This document shows, piece after piece, positions 38,037-46,957 of a DNA stretch of 47,372 nucleotides. The notes under the pieces were generated by a model. That model was not told the origin of the DNA and made no database searches. It saw only the letters and a list, made by a program, of their open reading frames with translations. The first letter of the stretch is position 1, and every line of letters starts with the position of its first letter. The position numbers and the translations under genes were made by a program. This DNA comes from Candidatus Micrarchaeota archaeon (GTDB taxonomy: Archaea > Micrarchaeota > Micrarchaeia > Anstonellales > Bilamarchaeaceae), in contig JBDRPL010000029.1 in the NCBI GenBank assembly GCA_043827025.1, positions 1 to 47,372 on the forward strand. The letters are read 5' to 3'.

Positions 38037-39013
38037 TTAAGGCTCACCAGAAGTTTTTTTATCTCATCCTTGTTCAGCCAGTTGCTTTTGACATCGCTCC
38101 CATAATAAAAGTCCTGAGGCAGGGGTTTCCCTCCTTTTAGGTTAAGCTCATACCAAAAAGGATGTTCAGGCTCAATAACAAAATAATCATCGAATTCCTT
38201 AGTATGGGCAGTCTCTTCCTTTGTTATGAGAACTTCATGAAGCTTCTCTCCAGGCCTTATGCCAATGACTTTCTTCTTTGCCTGGGGAGCTATGACATCT
38301 GCAAGGTCGATTATCTGTGTGGCAGGGATTTTTGGGACGAAAACCTCCCCACCTTTGAGCATGGAAGCGCACCTCATGACAAAGTTTGCTCCGCTCTCGA
38401 GAGTTATCCAAAATCTTGTCATCTTATCATCAGTAAGCGTCAATTCACCTGTTTCCGCCTGCTTTTTAAATAATGGAATGACGCTTCCGCTGCTTCCGAT
38501 TACATTCCCATAGCGCACGCATCCGAATTTGGGCCCCTTTGCGCCAGAATAAGCATTTGCCTGAACGAACAGCTTCTCAGCAACCAATTTAGTGGCGCCA
38601 TATAGATTTACAGGCTGGACTGCCTTGTCTGTACTCAATGCAATTACTCGATCAACACCAGTATCTATGGCTGCATTGATGACATTCTCCGCTCCGCGAA
38701 TATTGGTTTCTATTGCCTCTATTGGATTATATTCACAAACTGGAACATGCTTCAAAGCTGCTGCATGAACCAAGATGTCAACGCCTTTCATTGCCCTGTA
38801 GATTCTATCTTTATCCCTAACATCACCGATAAGGAAACGGAGTTTGTCACTCTTGAATTTTCTTTCCATCTCTATCTGTTTAAGTTCCCCCCGTGAGTAT
38901 ACCCGTATTGCCTTTGGATTGTGCTCACTTAGCAGTAGCTCAACAAACTTGTTGCCGAATGACCCAGTTCCTCCAGTAATTAACACAGTTTTATTATCAA
39001 AAATACTGTTCAT
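38027..39013 (-). CDS. pseB: UDP-GlcNAc 4,6-dehydratase (inverting), PseB
   Basis: TGGTGSFG, AALKHVP, STDKA, YGATK, RYGNV.GS.GSV, MTRFW and GIRPGEKLHE motifs; GGTGA SD before ATG 39013. Confidence 0.92.
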   Translation of the reverse strand: MNSIFDNKTVLITGGTGSFGNKFVELLLSEHNPKAIRVYSRGELKQIEMERKFKSDKLRFLIGDVRDKDRIYRAMKGVDILVHAAALKHVPVCEYNPIEAIETNIRGAENVINAAIDTGVDRVIALSTDKAVQPVNLYGATKLVAEKLFVQANAYSGAKGPKFGCVRYGNVIGSSGSVIPLFKKQAETGELTLTDDKMTRFWITLESGANFVMRCASMLKGGEVFVPKIPATQIIDLADVIAPQAKKKVIGIRPGEKLHEVLITKEETAHTKEFDDYFVIEPEHPFWYELNLKGGKPLPQDFYYGSDVKSNWLNKDEIKKLLVSLKWM

Positions 39014-39024
39014 TTCTTCACCTG

Positions 39025-39040
39025 AAAATAAGCTTATTTT
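39025..39040. promoter_or_regulatory. Perfect 16-bp palindrome AAAATAAGCTTATTTT (candidate operator)
   Basis: Read directly; lies between TTTAAA (39053-39058) and the pseB SD. Confidence 0.45.
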
Positions 39041-39106
39041 GGGAGGTAAGAGTTTAAAAAGACCGCTGGGCAAAGCAATAACAGACTAAAGAGGGCAGGA
39101 AACCAA

Positions 39107-40750
39107 ATGACTGAAAAATCAACAATTGTTAAGGGCACTGCCTGGAGTATTCTAAGCCAGGTAATAACCAAGGGAGCCTCGTTCATATATCTGATAATCC
39201 TTACGCATTATTTTTCACAGGGCGACATCGGAAGTTTTTATTGGGTACTCAGCATATTGGGAATACTGACTATTTTTACAGACCTTGGAATGAACAATGC
39301 ATTCAGCAGGTACCTGCCATACTACTATGGGGAGAGAAAATTCAAAGAACTCAAGATTCTGATCAAATCAACCATTGGAATAGGGGTGGGGCTATCTTTT
39401 CTAGTTTCACTGATGACAATTGTGTTCGCGGACCAGCTAAGCAGCTTTTTTGGAAATCCAGGTTTAGCAAATATCTTGCGCCTCATGGGAGCATATCTGG
39501 TCCTTAATCAGATGTTCGAGATTTGTAGGGGGATATTGATTGGAAGAAAGGATATCAAACATGCTGAATTCGGAATGAACATCCAGAACATATCAAAGCT
39601 GGTTTTTACGCTTGCCGCATTTTACATCCTAGGCCCTACAATCTACTCGCTTATACTTGCATTCATGGCCTCTCTGCTGCTTTCGGTTCTCTATGGGATA
39701 TCGCGCAGCTACGGGCTGATAAAAGAGATCGTCTTCAAGGACCAGCATGAAAATGCAGAAGATTATGAAAACTTGTTGAAAGAGATAGTTCCGTTTGGAC
39801 TGACAATCGCAATCATAGGCTCACTATTCACATTGGCAGCATATGTCGACAAAATAATGATTGGAGCCCTTATGCCTGAAGAGATTGCAGCTCCGCAGAT
39901 CGCCATTTATACAATTGCCATAGGCCTTGCAGGCCTTGTCTCCATATTCCAAACCTCAATAAACAGGATATTCTTCCCAGTTATCTCGGAAATGCTTGGT
40001 AAAAAGGATAACAAACATATGGAAAGGACAGCGGAGATATCAATAAAATGGCTATTGATGATAATAGTGCCAACAGTGATCCTGCTTCTGGCATTTGGAG
40101 GGTATTTCCTGGAACTGTTCTACGGAAGCGAATACAGGTCAGGAGAAACTGCAATGTCTTTGATTGCCATTGGATTGTTCATAAGCGCAATCGGAGCACT
40201 GCCAGGCGCAGTCCTAATAGCCATGAAAAGACTGGACATAGAATTTGGCATAGGAATCGTGGCTGTGATAACAAATATTATAGTGAACTGGATGCTGATT
40301 CCGCAGTATGGGATAAATGGTGCTGCATTTGCATTGATGATTTCGCTTACAATTACCGCAATCCTCACAATAAATTACTCCAGGAAGATTGCAAATTTGA
40401 AACTCCCAGTGGATGCATACAAGCCTATACTTGCAGGAATGACAGGTCTTGCCCTCATCCTGATATTGAAGCCTTATCTTCTTCTTTTACTTAATGGTAC
40501 TATAGCCACAGTCCTTGGAAACCAGGATGCAGGTACAGAGATAGTTGAAAAGATGATAAAGCTCATTGCTTTTGGTGCCCTCTTCGGATTCGCATGCCTG
40601 ATTTATTTTGCATGCCTCCTGGCACTAAGGACATTTGGTGCAGATGAAATAGATATGTTCGAATCAGGGCTGAAAAAGGCAAAGGTGCCTGAGAGTTGGA
40701 GGAAAAAAATAAGGACCATGCTTGAGGCAAAATATCTGGGAACATATTAA
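39107..40750 (+). CDS. Wzx/MOP-family oligosaccharide flippase
   Basis: Many TM helices; DLG...A.SRY, DKIMIG, FP..S and LIP.YGINGAA motifs. Confidence 0.9.
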   Translation: MTEKSTIVKGTAWSILSQVITKGASFIYLIILTHYFSQGDIGSFYWVLSILGILTIFTDLGMNNAFSRYLPYYYGERKFKELKILIKSTIGIGVGLSFLVSLMTIVFADQLSSFFGNPGLANILRLMGAYLVLNQMFEICRGILIGRKDIKHAEFGMNIQNISKLVFTLAAFYILGPTIYSLILAFMASLLLSVLYGISRSYGLIKEIVFKDQHENAEDYENLLKEIVPFGLTIAIIGSLFTLAAYVDKIMIGALMPEEIAAPQIAIYTIAIGLAGLVSIFQTSINRIFFPVISEMLGKKDNKHMERTAEISIKWLLMIIVPTVILLLAFGGYFLELFYGSEYRSGETAMSLIAIGLFISAIGALPGAVLIAMKRLDIEFGIGIVAVITNIIVNWMLIPQYGINGAAFALMISLTITAILTINYSRKIANLKLPVDAYKPILAGMTGLALILILKPYLLLLLNGTIATVLGNQDAGTEIVEKMIKLIAFGALFGFACLIYFACLLALRTFGADEIDMFESGLKKAKVPESWRKKIRTMLEAKYLGTY

Positions 40751-40762
40751 TGGAATGAAAAT

Positions 40763-41806
40763 ATGAATATTGGTGGATGGATGGATAAAAAAACATATAT
40801 TATCAATATCGCAATAACGCTTGCAATAATCATTGCGATTTTCTACTTTGTAGACATAGGAAAAGTAATCGAAGAGCTGACAAAGGTGGATATGAAATTC
40901 ATAGTTCTGGCGATTCTTGTATATATCGTCTTAAACGTGCTTATGGCAAAAAGAATACAGAAACTGCTTTCAGCCATGGGCCACAAGACCAGCCTCTCTG
41001 AGTGCGTACAGGCCAACTTTGGCGGAATGCTACTTTCTGATTTTACTCCAGTAAGAAGCGGCTACTTCTTCACCGCATTCTCGCTTTCGTCCAAGAAAGG
41101 CATCCCAATTGAGAAAACAATGCTCTCTATTTTCGGGCCCCAGATATTCGAGTTCCTTTTGAAAGTGGTGTGTTCAGGCGTCCTTATCTTTGTTGTGATC
41201 TCAAACCTTATTCCAAAGGAGAACCAGAATATAACATTGTTGCTGCTTGTCGTGATGGGATTGGGAATGCTGTTTCTCATCGCACTTCTTTTCTCCAAAA
41301 GATTGCTGCAGAAGTTCGAATTCATGAAGAAACTTCCAGGTGGAAAGAAACTATTCTATTTGATGAAGTTAATGCAGGACAATTCCAATGTTCTATTGAA
41401 GGAGTGGCCGGTTGTTTTCGGAGTATTGTTCGGAGCATGGGTATTAAAGGGAATAGAATGGCTTCTGATAGCACAGTCTCTTGGAATAGAGATAACTGCA
41501 ATGAATGAATTTGTCTTTTTCCTGCTGTTCCACAGCTCCATCACATTCCTTCATTTCATGCCCTTCCCCACTATTGCAGGTGCAGGGGCTTCTGAAGCAA
41601 TATCTGCAGGCATATTATCATTGCTTGGAGTGCCACTAGAAAAAGGCCTCACTTTTGCAATATTAACACGAGCACTCATGATATTCGTTGATTTAATTGG
41701 TTTGATTTCAATTGGCGAATTCATAAAGAAGGGAAAGTTCTTTGAGTTGTTGAATACGCTGGATAAGACGGAAGAGAAAGGCGAGGAGAAGGTTGAAGGA
41801 AAATAG
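40763..41806 (+). CDS. UPF0104 / lysylphosphatidylglycerol-synthase TM-domain membrane protein (putative flippase-like)
   Basis: Multi-TM protein with TPVRSG and P..AGAGASE motifs. Confidence 0.78.
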   Translation: MNIGGWMDKKTYIINIAITLAIIIAIFYFVDIGKVIEELTKVDMKFIVLAILVYIVLNVLMAKRIQKLLSAMGHKTSLSECVQANFGGMLLSDFTPVRSGYFFTAFSLSSKKGIPIEKTMLSIFGPQIFEFLLKVVCSGVLIFVVISNLIPKENQNITLLLLVVMGLGMLFLIALLFSKRLLQKFEFMKKLPGGKKLFYLMKLMQDNSNVLLKEWPVVFGVLFGAWVLKGIEWLLIAQSLGIEITAMNEFVFFLLFHSSITFLHFMPFPTIAGAGASEAISAGILSLLGVPLEKGLTFAILTRALMIFVDLIGLISIGEFIKKGKFFELLNTLDKTEEKGEEKVEGK

Positions 41807-41811
41807 TTACA

Positions 41812-41859
41812 GTATCAAAAAACATAACCTTATAAGGTAAATGTTATATAATTTGATAC
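41812..41859 (+). promoter_or_regulatory. Nested inverted-repeat promoter/operator of the wHTH-NTase pair
   Basis: GTATCAAA (41812-19)...TTTGATAC (41852-59); AACAT...ATGTT; central ACCTTATAAGGT palindrome (41827-38) containing a TATA about 26 bp before the ATG (leaderless). Confidence 0.65.
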
Positions 41860-41860
41860 G

Positions 41861-42775
41861 ATGAAACTAACCAAACGCGAAACAGAGATACTTGACTTCC
41901 TGCTTGTGAAAAGCGCCACAACTGCAGAAATAGCCTCTGGTTTGGCAATCAAAAAATCAAACCTTTCCAGATACCTGAAAAAACTTGCAGATTACAGCCT
42001 TATTGAAACCAAGAAAGAAAAGAGATCGAAGATTATTTCTATTAATCCTTTCATCTCATCGGGTTTTGTTTCTGTCAGGTCAAATTTCCCCTCATTAAAA
42101 TTAAGTGATATACTTGTAGGGCGTATGCCTTCGTTCCTTAGTTTCTTATGGCGTAGAGGGCGATTCAGATTGATAGATATTGATTTGCCAGCCATCACTT
42201 CCAAAAGACTGCTGAAAAAGATGCGTTCCATTGGACTCGTACATATGGAAAAAAAGGGAGAGTATGAATTAAGAAACGAGGCTCTGCCTATTGCAGAATT
42301 TTGTTTCAGTAGTCTAACCGCACTCGAAGGGATCAAGTTCTCAAAAGACTGTGGTTCTGCGATAACCGGGCAATCATCAATAGAAAGTGCAAAAGGAATC
42401 GAAGTAGTATACACATCCGAAAAAGAAGCCAGAACAAAGAAATACCGGCTAACTGCTTTCAGCATGTTTGACAAGTATGGGGTCCATCTCCTTTCAGCAG
42501 GTAAATTTTATTACACTAATATCAAACCAGGCATTGCAGATGTTGTAATTCATACTTTAGCGCTTTCAAGAGACGAACGAAACATCTCCTATGTTTGCGC
42601 ACTGATGCTGAAGAATTCGTTCAATCCAAAGAAACTGCTGGCGAAAAGGCAGCTTTTCAGTCTTGGCAAGAAATTCATTAATGAAATTATAAAATTCATC
42701 GAATCAAAAGGCAAAAAGACATTTCCTGGTTTTCCAACCTGGGAAGAAGTAGAAGGTGTTGCGTATGGCAGATAG
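41861..42775 (+). CDS. Winged-helix (ArsR/MarR-like) DNA-binding protein; putative antitoxin/regulator
   Basis: N-terminal EIL..L...T..EIA..L.I.KSNLSRYLK.L HTH, a second degenerate wHTH, and a C-terminal FPTWEE motif; overlaps the downstream NTase gene. Confidence 0.75.
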   Translation: MKLTKRETEILDFLLVKSATTAEIASGLAIKKSNLSRYLKKLADYSLIETKKEKRSKIISINPFISSGFVSVRSNFPSLKLSDILVGRMPSFLSFLWRRGRFRLIDIDLPAITSKRLLKKMRSIGLVHMEKKGEYELRNEALPIAEFCFSSLTALEGIKFSKDCGSAITGQSSIESAKGIEVVYTSEKEARTKKYRLTAFSMFDKYGVHLLSAGKFYYTNIKPGIADVVIHTLALSRDERNISYVCALMLKNSFNPKKLLAKRQLFSLGKKFINEIIKFIESKGKKTFPGFPTWEEVEGVAYGR

Positions 42776-43415
42776 GATGTTTGATGCGAAATACATTGAC
42801 GAGGAATTTGGCAGGATAGGCGCAAGGGTAAAGGAGCAACTTGGCATTTACCTGATAGGTGGATGCGCAATGTCTTTCCGCAAACTGAAGGAATCCACCA
42901 AAGACGTTGATATTGTATTCAGGAACGGCATTGAATGTGGATTGTTCTGTGATGCTTTGTTTGGTACGCAATACCATGAGCCACATCCAATAAAACCAGA
43001 GCATGAACTCCTTCAGCCAACAAAAGTGTATGAAAACAAAGACGGATTCCACTTGGACCTTTTCGTAAAGCAGATATGCGAAAAACTCATGCTATCTGAA
43101 AGAATGATAAAAAGGGCCGAATTATACAAAAAATACGGAAATCTTTCAGTTTATCTGGTATCAAAGGAAGACATCTTCCTCTTCAAAGGACTGGCAAGCG
43201 AAGGAAGAAAACGAGACCTGCCAGACATGAAGGTAATTTATCCGAATCTCGACTGGAAGGTAATCGAAACAGAGCTTGAAACCCAAGAACTGTCCGCAGA
43301 CCTCAATGCATTATTCATAAGAAGGCTTGAGGAATTCAGCGAAACATACAAGCTGGATGTCCCTATATTGGGAAAACTGAGGAAACTGACTGGAGATAAA
43401 GGCGAAGTAAAATAG
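42765..43415 (+). CDS. Pol-beta-superfamily nucleotidyltransferase (DUF6036/AbiEii-like); putative toxin
   Basis: IGGCAM...K.STKDVD, LDLF and K...R.RD..D motifs. Confidence 0.75.
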   Translation: MADRMFDAKYIDEEFGRIGARVKEQLGIYLIGGCAMSFRKLKESTKDVDIVFRNGIECGLFCDALFGTQYHEPHPIKPEHELLQPTKVYENKDGFHLDLFVKQICEKLMLSERMIKRAELYKKYGNLSVYLVSKEDIFLFKGLASEGRKRDLPDMKVIYPNLDWKVIETELETQELSADLNALFIRRLEEFSETYKLDVPILGKLRKLTGDKGEVK

Positions 43416-43418
43416 TTC

Positions 43419-43898
43419 CTAGAGTATTGAAAACGCCAATAGGACTAGATTAAGAAGAGCAATCAAAACTCCTCCAAGCAACCCCCAGTAAAGCTCTTTT
43501 TGCTTGAAAGTGTAGTCCTTGAATGTAGAACGAAGAACGTAACCTGATACCCCAAGACCAAGCAGCCCAAGATAAAGCGAGGATTTGCCCAATTGAAGCA
43601 CGCTGCTTGAAACGAACAATATAGCAATTATAAAAACACCCAAACCAACTGCATAAGCCATTGTCTTGGCCAGAGATAATTGGGTTTTCTCTTCATTCAG
43701 ATACTTGACTGAGAGATAGACTGAGAAGAGCGCAAGAAGGATTCCGATTGAAAATGAGATTACGATAACTGATTGCGTCTTCAATTCAGAAGGAAGCACC
43801 CCAAACCAAACAAGGTAAATTAGGATGAATGGCAGAAATGCCGAAACAGCAACCAAAAGAGACGGAATTGCGATTTTATTCATGCCAAAATTATCCAT
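43419..43898 (-). CDS. Hypothetical membrane protein (about 5 TM segments)
   Basis: Hydrophobic ORF; likely start is ATG 43898 or 43883. Confidence 0.6.
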   Translation of the reverse strand: MDNFGMNKIAIPSLLVAVSAFLPFILIYLVWFGVLPSELKTQSVIVISFSIGILLALFSVYLSVKYLNEEKTQLSLAKTMAYAVGLGVFIIAILFVSSSVLQLGKSSLYLGLLGLGVSGYVLRSTFKDYTFKQKELYWGLLGGVLIALLNLVLLAFSIL

Positions 43899-43964
43899 CA
43901 AAATATTAAAAAAACTATCTCCAAGTCTGTTTGGAATAAAAATCTTGCGTACGAAACACCTTCC

Positions 43965-44723
43965 ATGCTCTATTGCAATGAAACGGCCGAAACAATCGCA
44001 CAACACCAGCTCGCAATCTCAGTCATCATCCCAACATGGAATGAAGCAGACAACATAGAGAAAGCCATTTCTGAGATCATCAAGACACTGGAATCGAATA
44101 AAATCAGTTATGAAATAATTGTGGCAGATGACAATAGCAAGGATGGCACAAAGGAAAAGGTTGCTTCTATTAGAGACAAGCAACACAAACCTATCGCTCT
44201 GCTGAATCGAGATCCGCCTCCTGGCTTTGGCTACTCAATACGCGATGCAATACGAATGGCAAATGGGGAAATGTCAGTCGTGATGATGGCTGATCTGTCA
44301 GATGACCCTAAATTCCTACCTGAAATGAAACAAAAATTCGATGAGGGTTGTGATGTGATAGTAGGCTCAAGGTTCGTGCCAGGCGCAAAGACCTATGATT
44401 ATCCTTTTCTTAAGATGCTCTCAAATAGGCTGTTCAACACCACAATCCGCATTTTCTTCTGGACAAGTATAAGAGACACGTCAAATGCATTCAAAGCTTT
44501 TAGAACAGCTGAGATAAATCAGGTGCCAATAGACAGCAGAGGCTTCGAAGTCTCGGCAGAAATGATGCTCAGGATGCTGATAAAAAAGAAGAAAATATGT
44601 GAAATACCTGTCACCTGGACTGACAGGACGGCAGGCCAGGCAAAGTTCAAGCTTTATAATACCTTCATAAATTACTTTATACTATTTCTAAAAATGCTTA
44701 AACTCCGCTACTTAGGCAAGTGA
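43965..44723 (+). CDS. DPM1-like GT2 (polyprenol-phosphate glycosyltransferase)
   Basis: VIIPTWNE, DDNSKDGT, MADLSDDP, GSRF and R.AG.AKF motifs. Confidence 0.88.
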   Translation: MLYCNETAETIAQHQLAISVIIPTWNEADNIEKAISEIIKTLESNKISYEIIVADDNSKDGTKEKVASIRDKQHKPIALLNRDPPPGFGYSIRDAIRMANGEMSVVMMADLSDDPKFLPEMKQKFDEGCDVIVGSRFVPGAKTYDYPFLKMLSNRLFNTTIRIFFWTSIRDTSNAFKAFRTAEINQVPIDSRGFEVSAEMMLRMLIKKKKICEIPVTWTDRTAGQAKFKLYNTFINYFILFLKMLKLRYLGK

Positions 44724-44737
44724 ATTAAAGTGAATTA
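44718..44737. repeat. 10-bp tandem duplication (AAGTGAATTA x2)
   Basis: Read directly; it spans the GT2 stop codon. Confidence 0.75.
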
Positions 44738-44759
44738 ATTAGGCGGGCAGGTAATTCAA

Positions 44760-45965
44760 ATGAAAGTTTCTATTGTTGGAATAGGTCGAGTGGGGCTTCC
44801 TTTGGCAATAGTGTTTGCATCAAAAGGGGTCCATACTTATGGAATTGATATTGACGAGAAGAAAATCGCTGTGATAAAGCAGGGCAAGATGCCTTTCAAG
44901 GAAGAAGGGGCAGAAGAACTGCTCAAGAACGTATTGGGCAAGACATTTGAACCTACTTCAGACTTCTCTAAATTAAAGGAGTGCGATGCAATAATCCTTA
45001 CGCTTGGAACGCCTGTTGATGAATTCATGAACCCTGATTTCTCACAAATTGAACGTTCATTGGAAAAACTTTTCCCCTATCTGAAAGAAGGGCAGACACT
45101 TATATTAAGAAGCACAGTATCTCCAGGAAGCACTGAATATGTAAAAGGATTCATTGAAAAGAAAACTAAACTAAAGGTAGGCGAAAACTTCTTCATAGCA
45201 TTCTGTCCTGAAAGAATCGCCGAAGGAAAGGCAATCAAGGAATTGGAAGAGTTGCCTGAAATCGTAGGTGGATTGGACACGAAAAGCAGTGAAAAAGCAA
45301 AGGAAGTGTTCAAGAAACTAAAGGAAGACGTCTACGTAACAAGTGCATTGAATGCAGAACTTCTCAAACTATTCACCAACATGTATAGATACATAAATTT
45401 CGCAACTGCAAATGAGTTTATGGTGATTGCTGAATCACTGGGTGCGAACATAAACGAGATAGTTGAATTGTCAAACAAAAAATATCCGCGAGGAGGGCCG
45501 AAACAACCTGGATTCGCAGCAGGACCATGCCTTTTCAAGGACGGATTCTTTTTAACAAGCAACATCCCCTTTCCAGATCTTATTTCAACTGCATGGAAAA
45601 TAAATGAAACCATTCCAGGATATCTGATCCAAAGGGCAAAAAGCATCCAACCAATCAAAGGAAAGAAGGCAACGATATTGGGAATGGCATTCAAAGCCAA
45701 CAACGATGATGATCGAGCTTCATTATCCCACAAGATAAAGAAGATATTCAAAATGGAACTTGCAGAAGTAGTGACGCACGATGTATATCGAGATGGCCAG
45801 AATTTCGATGATGCCATAAAGGATGCGGACTTTTTAGTGATCGCAACTGCGCATGACGAATACAAGAAGGATTTCGAATATTACAAGAAGGTCATAAAAC
45901 CAGGATGTGTGGTTATTGACATATGGAATGTCTTCAAGAAGGACAAAATAGTGTTCAAATCATGA
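44760..45965 (+). CDS. Nucleotide-sugar 6-dehydrogenase (WecC/WbpA family)
   Basis: GIGRVGLP, RSTV.PG, PERIAEG, K...N.YR, GPCL.KD and FK...DD.R.S motifs. Confidence 0.9.
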   Translation: MKVSIVGIGRVGLPLAIVFASKGVHTYGIDIDEKKIAVIKQGKMPFKEEGAEELLKNVLGKTFEPTSDFSKLKECDAIILTLGTPVDEFMNPDFSQIERSLEKLFPYLKEGQTLILRSTVSPGSTEYVKGFIEKKTKLKVGENFFIAFCPERIAEGKAIKELEELPEIVGGLDTKSSEKAKEVFKKLKEDVYVTSALNAELLKLFTNMYRYINFATANEFMVIAESLGANINEIVELSNKKYPRGGPKQPGFAAGPCLFKDGFFLTSNIPFPDLISTAWKINETIPGYLIQRAKSIQPIKGKKATILGMAFKANNDDDRASLSHKIKKIFKMELAEVVTHDVYRDGQNFDDAIKDADFLVIATAHDEYKKDFEYYKKVIKPGCVVIDIWNVFKKDKIVFKS

Positions 45966-45992
45966 TTTGATTTTTAAAAGGAGGGAAATGAA

Positions 45993-46955
45993 ATGGCAAA
46001 TGTAATGGTAACTGGCGGTGCCGGATTCATCGGAAGCAGAGTGGTGGAAGAGCTTGCAAAATCGCATGACGTGACCGTTGTGGACAACCTGAGCAAGGGA
46101 GATTTGAAAAATGTTGATGTGCAGAGGGTAAAATTCAAGAAAGCAGACCTGTGCAACGAAAGCGAGACAAGAGACATACTTGATGATTATGAATATTGCT
46201 TTCATTTCGCAGCAAAGATAGGTGGCATCGGATATTTCCACAAATACCCTGCAGAAATATTGAGAGACAATACATTGATGTTTTCCAACCTGCTTGACAG
46301 CGCAAGACGATCCAAGACTTTCAAGAAGATGGTCTACATGTCATCTTCGATGGTATTTGAAAGAACAGCTTCATTCCCATCAAAAGAAGAAGACATCTAC
46401 ACTTCACCTCCTCCGATCACCCACTATGGATTCTCAAAACTTGTAGGCGAATATTACTGCAAGGCATTCAACGAGCAATATGGCATGAACTACACAATCT
46501 TCAGGCCATTCAATGCATATGGACCGGGTGAAGTTCCTGAAAACGAAGTTGGTATTGCACATGTGATACCTGACTTGATAAAGAAGGTTCATTTCGACAA
46601 GCAATATCCTGTTGAGATATTGGGAGATGGACAACAGATAAGGGCATACACCTATGTTACAGACCTTGCAAATGCAATAGGCACCCTCACCTTTGACAAG
46701 AGAACCGACAACCAGGATTACAATGTTGCTGATCCTCATGCGTATACTGTCATGGAATTGCTAGAAAAAGTGTGGAAGATGTGCGGCCCTCCTGAAAAGG
46801 AATTGAAGGTCAAAAACGTCCCTACATTCAAGGATGACGTGCAGAAAAGAATACCTGACACAGAAAAAATAGCATCGCTTGACTGGAAGCCAAAGGTTGA
46901 CATTGACGATGGTTTGAAAAGAACGTATGATTGGATAAATGCAAGAATGGGATGA
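45993..46955 (+). CDS. NAD-dependent nucleotide-sugar epimerase/dehydratase/decarboxylase (extended SDR)
   Basis: TGGAGFIG, SSSMV, YGFSK, RPFNAYG and GDG.Q.R motifs. Confidence 0.9.
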   Translation: MANVMVTGGAGFIGSRVVEELAKSHDVTVVDNLSKGDLKNVDVQRVKFKKADLCNESETRDILDDYEYCFHFAAKIGGIGYFHKYPAEILRDNTLMFSNLLDSARRSKTFKKMVYMSSSMVFERTASFPSKEEDIYTSPPPITHYGFSKLVGEYYCKAFNEQYGMNYTIFRPFNAYGPGEVPENEVGIAHVIPDLIKKVHFDKQYPVEILGDGQQIRAYTYVTDLANAIGTLTFDKRTDNQDYNVADPHAYTVMELLEKVWKMCGPPEKELKVKNVPTFKDDVQKRIPDTEKIASLDWKPKVDIDDGLKRTYDWINARMG

Positions 46956-46957
46956 AA

